NCBI GenBank assembly: GCA_965243185.1
Contig: OZ251531.1
Location: 543,665 to 607,664, forward strand
DNA from: Dehalococcoidia bacterium
GTDB taxonomy: Bacteria; Chloroflexota; Dehalococcoidia; Lucifugimonadales; UBA3495
DNA: 64,000 nucleotides
Reading direction: 5' to 3'
Numbering within the stretch: position 1 is the stretch's first letter; every line of letters begins with the position of its first letter. A program made the translations under genes and the position numbers. Positions 9,501 to 18,583 of the stretch are shown piece by piece. The notes under the pieces are model-generated. The model saw nothing but the letters and a program-made list of their open reading frames with translations. It was not told the DNA's origin and did not search any database.

Positions 9501-11047
9501 CGTCCCTGTCGCTGAATCGGCTCAGTACTGGCACCAGCCGCGCCTCAATCTGCGGTCTTACTGATGACCGCTACGGGCAAACTCCGGACCGGGTACTGTG
9601 CTGGGGCTGGGATTGGGCGGGCGGTATGGTAACCGGCACTACGGAGCAGGTTCTTACCGGGTGGCAGCCGCACATTAAAACCGTGGACTTGGGCGATTAC
9701 GAATTCTCCGCTATCGCCACCGGCAATTTTCACACTTGCGGTTTGCGGAAGGGCGGGACGGACGCCGGCAAAGCCCTCTGTTGGGGACTGGACAACTATG
9801 CCCAAGCCTCCGGGGATAGCAACGCCGCCACGGTCAACTCCGGCTTGCTCAGCCGGATTTTCGCCCCGGTCAATCTGGATACGATGACCTTTGCCGCCCT
9901 GTCCGCCGGCCGGGATTATACTTGCGGCCTTTCCGCCGCCGGCCGGGTCAGCTGCTGGGGCGCGGATAATTTCGGGCAGGCGTCCGGGGCTGATGCCCGC
10001 ATTCCCGGCAACTCGACTACGCCGGTCGTACTGCGTTCCGATTTGGCGCAACTGACTTTTGACGCCATTTCCGCCGGCTACTATCACACCTGCGGCTTGC
10101 GGGCGGGCAGCGGCCGGCCGGTGTGCTGGGGGCGCAATTTGTACGGGGAATCGGATGTTCCGGCCGGCTTGGCGCGGGCATCTTTTGTCGCCATTAAAGC
10201 GGGGGAGCGGCATACCTGCGCGTTGAGCGCCAACGGCCGGGTAGCGTGCTGGGGCGCGGATGCGGAACCGGATACTCTCGGCACCCAGCTGGACCGCAAA
10301 GTCTATGTCAACCGCAACGGAGCGTCTCTCGAAGGGGTGCAGCGGGTCATCGTCAACGCCGGGCAGACTTGGGTGGATCGGCCGATTAGACAGGAGTCGC
10401 CGCCGACACCCACGCCAACGCGCCGCCGGCGGACCGCTACGCCGACACCGACGGCTACCCGGGACTTGGAATCGCCGGAGGTGCTGATACCCACGGTTAC
10501 GCCAACGGTTATGCTCACCCCAGAGGCGGCGGCCGCCGGTACGCCCACGCCTACCCCCACGCTGACGCCAACTCCTACGCCCAGTCTCACGCCAACCCGT
10601 GAGCCGGAGCCGCGGCCTACGGCAACGCCCACCCCGGTTCCGACGCCCACGCCCACGCCGGTACCAACGCCAACGGCTACGCCCACGCCGGTACCAACGC
10701 CAACGGCTACGCCCACGCCAACCCCAACACCGACGGCTACGCCTACTCCGACCCCCACGCCCACGATGCTGCCGCCGCGTTTAGGAATGGCGCCGACGCC
10801 TACTTTGCGGCCGCGGCCCGCTGCGGCGGCCGCCGTTATTCCGACCGCAACGCCGCGGCCTACGCCGGCGCCGGAACCGACCCCAACGGCGGAGCCGGAA
10901 GCGCCGCCGCTGTTGGAGGAATCTTTCGTCAGCAATGGGGCGGTGGTTGTCCTGCCGCTGCTGCTTTTGCTGTTGCTGTTGTTGGCGGCGCTGGCTTACT
11001 GGCTGCTGCGCCGGCGGCGGCGGGGGCTGCGGCCCTATTGGGGGTAA
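6593..11047 (+). CDS. cell-surface RCC1-repeat protein with C-terminal Pro/Thr-rich stalk and C-terminal transmembrane anchor
   Basis: More than 20 repeats of the RCC1/ATS1-type pattern (..HTCGL....G.v.CWG.N..GQ.., e.g. HTCGLLNGDGTQTSGQVLCWGQNDANQ). N-terminal signal/TM MLARIAVALRLLPLPALAGLLAVVGGVIAF. ~170 aa of TPTPTP linker, then VVLPLLLLLLLLLAALAYWLLRRRRRG. Start uncertain (in-frame ATGs at 6509, 6563, 6593). Confidence 0.8.
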   Translation: MLARIAVALRLLPLPALAGLLAVVGGVIAFGLMLDGAAAQSDPGLPVEPNDIRYKQVDASRWATCGITTENHLRCWGDTTHGPFLAEGYQQVAVGNFHVCALNLAGNPVCWGENRSVPQPSPTPAGCTTCPPPAPGLPQYQASVPDAIANTVFSAIVASHSHNCALRAADRQAVCWGNDDHGQSTPPVHSHTDTATPLATTETPYTFTQLAAGGFLTCGRHDVTTTYTDNSPTPQSVTVQTAGEVLCWGDDLYGAVTGAAAQAGQAFAHLAVGATENWACGVQQDGADAGKALCWGRRSIDTVTDPMSADYSSPGPAGTAAANTTFTQLAAGLYHSCGIQDGQGSQTAGEVLCWGTAGDTEHHAYGIFDVGQFATPADGNGVAYRFAAIAAGELHNCGILNGENGQTAGEMRCWGSEIPADLYARDVYDYGVARPWESRDPALIKVDDPEYALTSAQYFSCALAVNGGVKCWGSTNAGGVAWQPGPFTAIASSSFTTCGLQAAGVPLCWGVGPQSGGVPFQGFSVVPTIKAAAVAAGGSHTCAILSDYLSQDAAAIRCWGADSWGQVSATTDAVDAANQANVQTLTGRDDYRFAAVAAGTAHTCGLLNGDGTQTSGQVLCWGQNDANQANVPAPASGVYTFSAIVAGWEHSCGILADGDPDTSGAQQAGQVLCWGNNTAGQTTVPVHSHTDTASPPVTTETAYTFAKVTVGVDHTCGIHDVTATYTDNSPTPQTVTVQTAGQLRCWGGDAYGQSTAAAPSGSDKIACTRDATTNEPTPANCNYHTAGADLSTMTFSRAAAGDGFTCAILQDSDTGTTGNQDEGKVRCWGKNEQRQVLALEPAPRSGAPAATYQVPPVGIQESSGDYALSISAGDSHACAVLARSASGTQKPVRCWGELADGQRAYTYGRLGSGSHWPGFFFNFSHDVAEVASGRNHYCIRLSGVDLPSSRIDPGELFCNGPAANGAVAIPSLSLNRLSTGTSRASICGLTDDRYGQTPDRVLCWGWDWAGGMVTGTTEQVLTGWQPHIKTVDLGDYEFSAIATGNFHTCGLRKGGTDAGKALCWGLDNYAQASGDSNAATVNSGLLSRIFAPVNLDTMTFAALSAGRDYTCGLSAAGRVSCWGADNFGQASGADARIPGNSTTPVVLRSDLAQLTFDAISAGYYHTCGLRAGSGRPVCWGRNLYGESDVPAGLARASFVAIKAGERHTCALSANGRVACWGADAEPDTLGTQLDRKVYVNRNGASLEGVQRVIVNAGQTWVDRPIRQESPPTPTPTRRRRTATPTPTATRDLESPEVLIPTVTPTVMLTPEAAAAGTPTPTPTLTPTPTPSLTPTREPEPRPTATPTPVPTPTPTPVPTPTATPTPVPTPTATPTPTPTPTATPTPTPTPTMLPPRLGMAPTPTLRPRPAAAAAVIPTATPRPTPAPEPTPTAEPEAPPLLEESFVSNGAVVVLPLLLLLLLLLAALAYWLLRRRRRGLRPYWG

Positions 11048-11129
11048 TCGGGTTTTCCGGGGTTGAGCCTTTGCCTTGCGTCCGGGTAGGATAGGGCGCA
11101 ACCTTGCGGCGGCCTATTCCCGCCCCTTG

Positions 11130-11138
11130 TGCTAATAT
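11130..11138 (+). promoter_or_regulatory. extended -10-like element (TGCTAATAT) upstream of the CoA-transferase gene
   Basis: tgctaatat lies ~45 nt upstream of the AGGAGG RBS and start codon; same TGCTAnAnT pattern as other promoters here. Confidence 0.35.
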
Positions 11139-11185
11139 ATACCCGGCAAACGGGAACCGCCGCAAGTTTAGGAGGTATGGTTGGA

Positions 11186-12376
11186 ATGAAGGCGCTTGAC
11201 GGGGTGCGCGTACTGGACTTGACCCGGGCTTTGGCCGGCCCCTTCTGCACGCTGATGCTGGGCGACTATGGGGCCGAGGTCATCAAAATCGAACTGCCGG
11301 GTACCGGCGACGACACCCGCCATTGGGGGCCGCCCTTTATCGGCGACGAAAGCGCCTACTTCCTTTCCATCAACCGCAACAAGCGCAGCCTGACCCTCAA
11401 CTTCAAAGAGGAACAGGCCCGGGAAATTTTCCGCAAACTGGCCGCGGACGCCGATGTTATCGTCGAGAACTTTACCCCCGGCGTAATGGCTCGCTTCGGA
11501 CTGGAGTACGCCGCCATTCAGGCGGTCAATCCCCAAATCATCTACTGCTCCATTTCCGGTTTCGGGCAGGATGGCCCCTACCAGAGCCGCCCGGCTTATG
11601 ACCAGATTATGCAGGGCATCAGCGGCCTGATGAGCATTACCGGTGAACCCGGCGGCGAACCGCAAAAGGTAGGCGTGGCCGTTACCGACATCGGCTCCGG
11701 GATGTGGGCCGCCTTTGCCGTAATGTCCGCCCTGTACCACCGGGCGCAGCACGGCGGCCCCGGCCAGTATATTGACATCTCGATGCTGGACGCGCAGGTG
11801 GCTTGGCTTACTTATCAAGCCGGCTATTACTTTGCCTACGGCCGCCCGCCGCAGCGGTTGGGCGCGGCCCATCCCACTCTGGTGCCGTACCAAGCCTTTA
11901 TGGGGCAGGACGGCAAGTACCTGAATGTAGCGGTCGGTTCGGAACGGCTGTGGGATCGGTTCTGCCAGGGCATCCAGCGAATGGACTTGAAAGACCGGCC
12001 GGAGTTCGCGACCAACGGCGTCCGGGTCGAAAACCGGGCTACCCTGGTGCCGTTGCTGCAAGCGCATTTCCTGACCCGCCCGGCTGATGCCTGGGTCGCC
12101 GATTTGCACGAATTCAGCGTGCCGGCCGGTCCCATCAACGACTTGGCCGATGTATTTGCCGACCCGCAAGTATTGCACCGGGAAATGCTGCTGGAAATGC
12201 CCCATCCCGTTTTGGGCAGCATTAAACAGACCGGCTTGCCGGTCAAGTTCTCCCAAACCCCCGGCGGCCTGGACTTGCCGCCGCCGCTGCTGGGCGAACA
12301 CAACGCCCCCATCCTGCAAGAATTGGGCTACAGCGCCGCCCAAATCGCCGCCATGGAACAGCAAGGGGTTATCTGA
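11186..12376 (+). CDS. CoA-transferase family III (CaiB/BaiF/Frc-like)
   Basis: MKALDGVRVLDLTRALAGPFCTLMLGDYGAEVIKIE...YFLSINRNKRSLTLNFK...GPINDL is the canonical family III signature. AGGAGG at 11170-11175. ATG 11186 is preferred over ATG 11177 on spacing. Confidence 0.9.
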   Translation: MKALDGVRVLDLTRALAGPFCTLMLGDYGAEVIKIELPGTGDDTRHWGPPFIGDESAYFLSINRNKRSLTLNFKEEQAREIFRKLAADADVIVENFTPGVMARFGLEYAAIQAVNPQIIYCSISGFGQDGPYQSRPAYDQIMQGISGLMSITGEPGGEPQKVGVAVTDIGSGMWAAFAVMSALYHRAQHGGPGQYIDISMLDAQVAWLTYQAGYYFAYGRPPQRLGAAHPTLVPYQAFMGQDGKYLNVAVGSERLWDRFCQGIQRMDLKDRPEFATNGVRVENRATLVPLLQAHFLTRPADAWVADLHEFSVPAGPINDLADVFADPQVLHREMLLEMPHPVLGSIKQTGLPVKFSQTPGGLDLPPPLLGEHNAPILQELGYSAAQIAAMEQQGVI

Positions 12377-12393
12377 AATGGGCAACAGGTTTG

Positions 12394-12402
12394 TGCTATA
12401 AT
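12394..12402 (+). promoter_or_regulatory. extended -10 promoter element (TGCTATAAT) for the 12453 gene
   Basis: A perfect TGnTATAAT sits just after the CoA-transferase stop, ~50 nt before the ATG at 12453. Confidence 0.5.
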
Positions 12403-12452
12403 GACCAGCCGGTTGGCTTGCTATTGCGCCCATACCGTAGAGGTATTTGCTT

Positions 12453-15400
12453 ATGCCAGTGGACTATAACGCCCTCCAAAAGGAAAACTTGGTGAAGTAC
12501 GGTACGGATATTGGCCGTATCGGGCGTGAGCTCTTGGCGGAGCGTTATGACGACCGCACTCATTTCATTTTCGAGGTGTTGCAAAACGCTGAGGATGCCC
12601 TGAAGAAGCGCGGCGAGTGGACCGGGCAACGCTCGGTCGAGTTTTCCTTGAGCAATGTTGCCCTTACCATATCCCACTACGGTAAGCCTTTCGATGAGGC
12701 CGACGTTCGGGGTGTCTGCGGGATTGGCGAAAGCACCAAGGAGTATACCGACATCGGACGGTTTGGCATCGGCTTTAAGTCGGTTTACGCCTTTACCGAA
12801 ACCCCGGAGATTCACTCCGGAGAAGAATGTTTCGCCATTGATTCCTATGTGTGGCCTCGGGCTGTGGCGGCCAAGACCGTTGCGCAGGAAGAGACGCAAT
12901 TTCACATACCTTTTAAGGAAAGTGAAGCGTCAGCCAAAGACGAAGTCCTTGAAGGATTGCAGCGCATTGGCCCGCGAACCTTGCTTTTCCTACGGGAGAT
13001 TGAGGAAATAGCATGGTCGGTGAACGGGAAGGAAGCCGGGCGTTACCGCCGCAGCAACGAGATAGTGCCATTCAACGGAGCCCGGAAAGTCCGGGTAGCC
13101 GGTTGGGACGACGTTTCGGATGAGATAACGGAAGAGTGGCTTGTCTTTTCCCGCGAAGTTTTTCACGAAGAGAAAAGCGCGGGTCACGTCGAGATTGCTT
13201 TCGTGCTTGACCGGGGCGAGGATAACAGCCAAAACCCGACGGTGAAGAAAATAGAAGACTCCCAATTGGTTGTTTTCTTTCCAACTGCTTTGCCAACTCA
13301 CCTCGGCTTTCTCCTGCAAGGCCCATACCGCACTACGCCTAGCCGGGACAATGTGCCGGAAAGGGATGATTGGAACCAGTATCTCGTAAGAGAGACGGCA
13401 ACCCTGTTGGTGGAAGCCCTGAAGGGGCTGCGTAAGCTGGGCTTGCTCAGTATATCCGCCCTTGAGTGCTTGCCCCTGAGTTCCACCCTCTTTTCCGAAG
13501 GCCGACGCCTTGCTCCGCTATTTCAGTCGGTCAAGGATGCTTTACTGACCGAACGGTTGCTCCCGGCTCATACCAGGGGGTACATTACCGCCCGAAACGC
13601 CAAGTTGTCCCGCACCCAAGAATTGCGCTCTCTTATTGGACCTAAACAACTGGCTGCCTTGTTCCCGGATGAGAGCAAGCCGGCTTGGCTCAGCGATGAT
13701 ATTACCGCTAATCGGGCGTTTCTCTTGCGTAATTACCTCACTGAACAGCTCGAAGTTGCGGAAGTTACTACAGAGTGGCTGATTCCCCGGCTGACGCGGG
13801 AATTCTTGGAGGCGCAGTCGGATGCGTGGATAGCGCGGCTGTATGAATTTCTGAACCGTCAGAGGTCGCTCCTGAACCGGCTTCGTCCTCGGCCCCTGAT
13901 AAGGCTGGAGGACGGTTCCCACACCGTAGCCTATGTTGCTGAGAAGCCGCAAGCCTACCTCCCGGGCAATAGCTGGACGGGGTTTCGTACCGTAAAAAGG
14001 AGCGTATGCAAATCCACCAGTTCTCTGGCTTTTCTCAGGGCATTAGACCTCCGCACCCCCGACCCGGTTGATGATGTCATTGCCAACATCATCCCCAAGT
14101 ATATCAAGGCCTCGGTTAATGTATCCGCCGGGGAATATCAGTCCGACCTTGAGCTTATGTTGACCGCCCTTGACACCGACTCCGCCGCTCAACGCAACAG
14201 CCTAATAGCCGGCCTACGGGAGGCCAAGTTTATTGCTGCGGTGGACGTTGTAAGCAGGGCTGGTCGATTCGTCAAGCCGAGGGAGGCTTACGTTCCTACC
14301 GAGCGACTGAAAGCGCTTTTCGAGGGTGTGCCGGGTGTCTTGATAGTGGACGATTCCAGGAGATACCTTCGGGGCGAGCGCATCCGTGGCCTGCTCCGCG
14401 CGGTGGGAACACCCGAGACCCTGCTCCCGTCTCCTGTAAAACCTTCGCTAACCGGGGAAGAAAAATTCGAGCTCAGGAACAAATCGTGGACTGCCGGTAT
14501 TACTAGGGAAATATCGGTGCAAGACCATACCCTTATGGGTTTAGATTTGCTCTTGGCGACGCTATCTAATCTGCCCGTTGAGCAGGCAGTTTCCCGGGCC
14601 CAATTGCTTTGGCAGGCATTGGGCAATGTCCCCAATGCTGCGTTTAGCGGCACTTACCGGTGGATGTATTACGTTCCGAAAAGCGAGCAATTCCCGGCTC
14701 GTTTCGTCAAAACGCTGAACGAAGTTGCTTGGGTTCCCGATGAAAAGGGAGAACTTCACCGGCCAAGTGAAGTGGTTTTCAAGAATACCGGGTGGGAAGA
14801 AAACCCTTCCCTGTTCGCCAAGATTCCCTTTAAGCCGGATGTCCTCAACGAACTGGCGATAGAAGCCGGGATCGAAGCGGACGCGTTGGCTTTATTGAAA
14901 AGGCGCGGCATCACCACCGAGTCCCAACTTATAGTAATTCTCGGCGCAATGGAAGCCGCGGCTGAAGTGGTGCCGCCCGATTCTCTGGCGGACAAGCCGG
15001 AACCGCAGCATCCGGTTGCGGTTCCGGTACCTGCCAGTCAAATTGCCACCCCACGCCCGGCGGCAACTCCTGGCAGTGGTCAAAACCAGACCAATGCTCA
15101 GGCTGGCAGCGGCGCAGTCAGCCGGCCCACCGGTTACCGGAAGTTTGTTACCTACGTGAAAGCCTCCCCCGATGAAGCCGATGCGGACCCGGACGGGTTG
15201 ACTCATCAGTCCCGTATGAACTTGGAGGAAAAGGCAATTGCCTTTATCCTTTCCCAAGAGCCAAACCTCCATCAGACTCCGCCCGGCAATCCGGGATTTG
15301 ACTTGTACGAAGCCGGCCCGGATGGTCAAGCGGTGCGGTGGGTTGAAGTCAAGGCTATGTCTGGCACCTTCGACAACCGCCCGGCAACCTTGACCAAAAC

Positions 15401-15560
15401 GCAGTTTGAGTTTGCCCAAAAGCGTCAAAATGCCTTCTGGCTTTATGTGGTGGAAAATGCCGGCGACCCGGCATCGAGTCGCATTGTCAAGATACAGAAC
15501 CCGGCCGGCAAAGCGCAGACTTTTACCTTTGACCGCGGCTGGGTTCATCTGGCGGAGTAG
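12453..15560 (+). CDS. sacsin-type GHKL (HATPase_c_3-like) ATPase fused to a C-terminal DUF3883/NOV_C nuclease-like domain
   Basis: N-terminus FIFEVLQNAEDA...ISHYGKPF...IGRFGIGFKSVYAFTETPEIHSG matches the sacsin/Hsp90-like ATP-binding repeat. C-terminus GFDLYEAGPDGQAVRWVEVKAMSG...TKTQFEFAQKRQNAFWLYVVENAG matches the DUF3883 pattern. ATG 12453 has AGAGG 9 nt upstream. Codon third positions are visibly more A/T-rich than in neighbouring genes. Confidence 0.75.
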   Translation: MPVDYNALQKENLVKYGTDIGRIGRELLAERYDDRTHFIFEVLQNAEDALKKRGEWTGQRSVEFSLSNVALTISHYGKPFDEADVRGVCGIGESTKEYTDIGRFGIGFKSVYAFTETPEIHSGEECFAIDSYVWPRAVAAKTVAQEETQFHIPFKESEASAKDEVLEGLQRIGPRTLLFLREIEEIAWSVNGKEAGRYRRSNEIVPFNGARKVRVAGWDDVSDEITEEWLVFSREVFHEEKSAGHVEIAFVLDRGEDNSQNPTVKKIEDSQLVVFFPTALPTHLGFLLQGPYRTTPSRDNVPERDDWNQYLVRETATLLVEALKGLRKLGLLSISALECLPLSSTLFSEGRRLAPLFQSVKDALLTERLLPAHTRGYITARNAKLSRTQELRSLIGPKQLAALFPDESKPAWLSDDITANRAFLLRNYLTEQLEVAEVTTEWLIPRLTREFLEAQSDAWIARLYEFLNRQRSLLNRLRPRPLIRLEDGSHTVAYVAEKPQAYLPGNSWTGFRTVKRSVCKSTSSLAFLRALDLRTPDPVDDVIANIIPKYIKASVNVSAGEYQSDLELMLTALDTDSAAQRNSLIAGLREAKFIAAVDVVSRAGRFVKPREAYVPTERLKALFEGVPGVLIVDDSRRYLRGERIRGLLRAVGTPETLLPSPVKPSLTGEEKFELRNKSWTAGITREISVQDHTLMGLDLLLATLSNLPVEQAVSRAQLLWQALGNVPNAAFSGTYRWMYYVPKSEQFPARFVKTLNEVAWVPDEKGELHRPSEVVFKNTGWEENPSLFAKIPFKPDVLNELAIEAGIEADALALLKRRGITTESQLIVILGAMEAAAEVVPPDSLADKPEPQHPVAVPVPASQIATPRPAATPGSGQNQTNAQAGSGAVSRPTGYRKFVTYVKASPDEADADPDGLTHQSRMNLEEKAIAFILSQEPNLHQTPPGNPGFDLYEAGPDGQAVRWVEVKAMSGTFDNRPATLTKTQFEFAQKRQNAFWLYVVENAGDPASSRIVKIQNPAGKAQTFTFDRGWVHLAE

Positions 15561-15627
15561 CCGGATATTTAGCCGGTAGGGAAATTATCAGCTCTTAACC
15601 CCAAACAATCATCCGGCAGGATAATCT

Positions 15628-16197
15628 ATGCCCGCCCTGACCCGCTGCCCCTGGCCCGGCGCCAACCCCCTGCTGGTCGCCTACCACGATACCGAATGGG
15701 GCGTCCCCCTCTATGCTGACCGCAAACTCTTCGAGTTCCTGCTCCTCGACGGCGCGCAAGCCGGCCTCAGCTGGTTGACCATCCTGAACAAGCGGGAAGG
15801 CTACCGCCAAGCCTTCGACAACTTCGACGCCGCCCGCATCGCCGCCTACGATGACCGCAAAGTGGCCCAACTGCTGGCCGACCCGGGCATCGTCCGCAAC
15901 CGGCAAAAAATCGCCGCCGCCATCGGCAACGCCCAAGCCTTTCTCCAAATCCGGCAGGAATGGGGCAGCTTTGCCGCCTACCTCTGGTCTTTCGTCAACC
16001 ACCGCCCCATCAAAAACCATTGGGACAACGCCGCCGCCATCCCGGCCGTCTCCCCGGAATCCGCAGCCCTGAGCCGGGACTTGCGGCGGCGCGGCTTCCG
16101 CTTCGTCGGCCCCACCATCTGCTACGCCTTTATGCAGTCCGCCGGTATGGTCAACGACCACATCACAACCTGCTTCCGCTATAATGAAGTCAGCTGA
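15628..16197 (+). CDS. tag: DNA-3-methyladenine glycosylase I
   Basis: RCPWPGANPLLVAYHDTEWGVPLYADRKLFEFLLLDGAQAGLSWLTILNKREGYRQAF...ICYAFMQSAGMVNDH is canonical Tag. Confidence 0.9.
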   Translation: MPALTRCPWPGANPLLVAYHDTEWGVPLYADRKLFEFLLLDGAQAGLSWLTILNKREGYRQAFDNFDAARIAAYDDRKVAQLLADPGIVRNRQKIAAAIGNAQAFLQIRQEWGSFAAYLWSFVNHRPIKNHWDNAAAIPAVSPESAALSRDLRRRGFRFVGPTICYAFMQSAGMVNDHITTCFRYNEVS

Positions 16198-16324
16198 CCG
16201 GCTCCCGCCGCCCGCCGTGGTAATACTGTTGTAATGCAATCCGGGCAAAATGCTGCCCATCTCTAACCTATTCGGGCGGACTGAACCGCCAACTACGCCG
16301 CCAGCAGCGCGGCCGCGGAGAATT

Positions 16325-17122
16325 ATGGACTTGGGCTTGAACGAGCGGGTGGCTATTGTCTGCGGCGCCGGCGGTGATGTCGGCCGCAGTGTCGCCCTCA
16401 GCCTGGCCGCCGAAGGGGTTAAACTCGCGGTCTGCGACTACCACGAGGATGAATTGCGCGGCGCCGAGATGGACTTCGCCCGCGTCGCTACCCAGCGCAA
16501 CATCCTCGCCCTGCCCGCCGACCTTTCCGAAAATCGCAGCATCCGCCGGGTGGTGCGCGACACTTTCAACCGCTTCGGCCAAGTGGATATTCTCGCCCTG
16601 CAACCCCAATGCATCCCGCCCGGCCAGCCCCGGGATGACTCCGAGGATGAACGCGGCGATGAACTGGAACGCTCTTTCCGCAGCGCCCTGCGGCTCAGCC
16701 GGGAAGTCATCCCCTATATGAAACAAGAGCATTGGGGCCGCATCATCAACCTGATGCCGGTCCACGCCCCGCCCGCCGACGCCGACCCACCCCTGTCCCT
16801 GGCCCAGCAGCAGTATCTGATCGGCTACTTCAAGACCCTGGCTGACGAACTGGCCCCCTTCAACATCACCGTCAACACCCTGCTGGCTGGCCCCCTGGAC
16901 ACCAAGGAACTCCGCCGCCAACTTCAGGAACAAGCCGCCGCCGCTAACACCGACCCGGCCGCCCTGGTCAAACAGACCCACCGCAGCGTACCGATGTCCC
17001 GCTTGGGCAAGCCGGAAGAAGTGGGCGATTTAGCCGCCTTCCTGGCATCGGAACGGGCTGCCTACCTCACCGGCGGCGTCCTATCCCTCGACGGCGGCCT
17101 GCTCCAGAAACTGCGCCCGTAA
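16325..17122 (+). CDS. short-chain dehydrogenase/reductase (SDR) family protein, possibly atypical
   Basis: MDLGLNERVAIVCGAGGDVGRSVALSLAAEGVKLAVCD (Rossmann G-x-G-G-x-x-G) ...ITVNTLLAGPLDT...GKPEEVGDLAAFLASERAAYLTGGVLSLDGG. The canonical YxxxK spacing is not obvious. Start taken at ATG 16325 inside the longer ORF. Confidence 0.7.
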   Translation: MDLGLNERVAIVCGAGGDVGRSVALSLAAEGVKLAVCDYHEDELRGAEMDFARVATQRNILALPADLSENRSIRRVVRDTFNRFGQVDILALQPQCIPPGQPRDDSEDERGDELERSFRSALRLSREVIPYMKQEHWGRIINLMPVHAPPADADPPLSLAQQQYLIGYFKTLADELAPFNITVNTLLAGPLDTKELRRQLQEQAAAANTDPAALVKQTHRSVPMSRLGKPEEVGDLAAFLASERAAYLTGGVLSLDGGLLQKLRP

Positions 17123-17261
17123 GCCGTGCTCACCCTGATTATTGACGCCCCGGATACCCGACGCCATAGCTATGTCATTCCGACCAACGGGAGGAATCTA
17201 AAATGCTTATCTTTGATTCCCCTCAAAATTTTCAGATTCCCCACTATCGCCGGGGCTCCCC

Positions 17262-18320
17262 TTAACTCGAAACCGCAGCCGCCCGCCCAGCCGCGCTTCC
17301 CTCGCCCAAGCCAATCAAATCCGGCATTCCAGTCAGCTGCTGTTCCAGCAAAGCGGCGAATTGGGCTAGTTTTTCCGGAGTATGAGGAGCTTGCCCGCTG
17401 AGCCGGCCCACAATTTCGGCGGTGTCCAGCGTGCCGGCGTTGACCAGCAGCAGCGGAATGGCGCGTTTGCGGGCCTCAACCTGGATATATTCGGTAGGGA
17501 CATCGCCGCCGGTCAGAATTAAGCAACGGGTATCCCCCTGCAAACTTGCCATTTGGATGTCGGGCCGGGCCGCCCGGGTGATAACCCCTTGCGCCGCGTG
17601 ACGGCCGAAATAGTTGGGGCCAGAGTCCATAATGTTGCCGCCGATTAGAAAGTGTTCAATAGCAACGGCCGGGTCCGCCGGCTCCTGTAGCCAGCGACCC
17701 TCCAGCTGTTCGGCTAACTGTTGCAGCGTAGTCGCTAACATTTGCCGGCTTTCCGGGATGGCGCCCAAGACCGGCAAGCCCCGGGCCCGCAGCGGCGACA
17801 GGATTTCTTGTTCGGTTTCATACCGGCGGTGTCTAGTTACACCGTTAATGATGATGCCGCCCAAGTCGCTGCCGATGGTTTGGGCAATAGCGGCGATTTC
17901 CGCTGCCTGCACCGCCGGGGCTATGCCGGCATCATAAGCATACCAGAGCAGCACCGGGTAACCCGGCAAAGCTGGGGAAACGGCGGCCGTGGCCGGCGCC
18001 GCCCACTCGACCAGTACCAGATTAAAGGCGGCATCCAGTTGCGCCACCGCCGCCGCAATTGCCGATTGCTGCTGTTCCGTCAAAGGCAAGGCGTCCCTTG
18101 CCGGGTCGAACGGCTGGGGCAGCGGCCGGGAAATGGCCGCCGGGTCGGTGACCATCCTTTGCGCCATAAAAGCGTAGTCCGGATCGGTATCCGGCGCCGG
18201 GGACAAGGGCTTGTACCAAGCACCCCCTTGGCCGGCATCCGCCCGGCGGGACAGGATAGCCCCGGCCAGCGCAGTTTTTCCGGCAGCGGCGCGATTGGCA
18301 ACAATTTGCAGTACGGTCAA
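17262..18320 (-). CDS. DRTGG domain protein resembling the N-terminal half of phosphotransacetylase (P-loop/DTBS-like + DRTGG)
   Basis: 352 aa; N-terminus VLQIVANRAAAGKTALAGAI (P-loop-like). C-terminal half GDTRCLILTGGDVPTEYIQVEARKRAIPLLLVNAGTLDTAEIV is typical DRTGG. Confidence 0.6.
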   Translation of the reverse strand: MTVLQIVANRAAAGKTALAGAILSRRADAGQGGAWYKPLSPAPDTDPDYAFMAQRMVTDPAAISRPLPQPFDPARDALPLTEQQQSAIAAAVAQLDAAFNLVLVEWAAPATAAVSPALPGYPVLLWYAYDAGIAPAVQAAEIAAIAQTIGSDLGGIIINGVTRHRRYETEQEILSPLRARGLPVLGAIPESRQMLATTLQQLAEQLEGRWLQEPADPAVAIEHFLIGGNIMDSGPNYFGRHAAQGVITRAARPDIQMASLQGDTRCLILTGGDVPTEYIQVEARKRAIPLLLVNAGTLDTAEIVGRLSGQAPHTPEKLAQFAALLEQQLTGMPDLIGLGEGSAAGRAAAVSS

Positions 18321-18547
18321 GGCTTCCTCCGGGCCGGAGACGGCATCGCCAAGTTAAAAATCCATTGTAGCACAGACCCGGTTATGCCAACCTCATCCCA
18401 TCAACCCCCGCAACCAACCGCAAGACAACCAACTTTCCCCAAACTCAAAAGTTTTGAGGGGGTGCGGGGGAACTTTTGTAAAAGTTCCCCCGCCGTAACC
18501 CCTAAAAACCAATTTACTAATTCCCGAAAATTCATCTGAATTATCCC

Positions 18548-18577
18548 TTGACAAACCTCCAAACCATCCCCCATAAT
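18548..18577 (+). promoter_or_regulatory. sigma70-type promoter of the repeated non-coding element (copy 1)
   Basis: TTGACA (18548-18553), 18-nt spacer, CATAAT (18572-18577). The same arrangement is conserved in copy 2 at 52036-52064. Confidence 0.6.
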
Positions 18578-18583
18578 AAAACC

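Noticed and set aside
10303-10935. 210-aa Gly/Val-repeat ORF on the minus strand.
   Set aside because: It is the antisense reading of the Pro/Thr-rich stalk of the RCC1-repeat protein.
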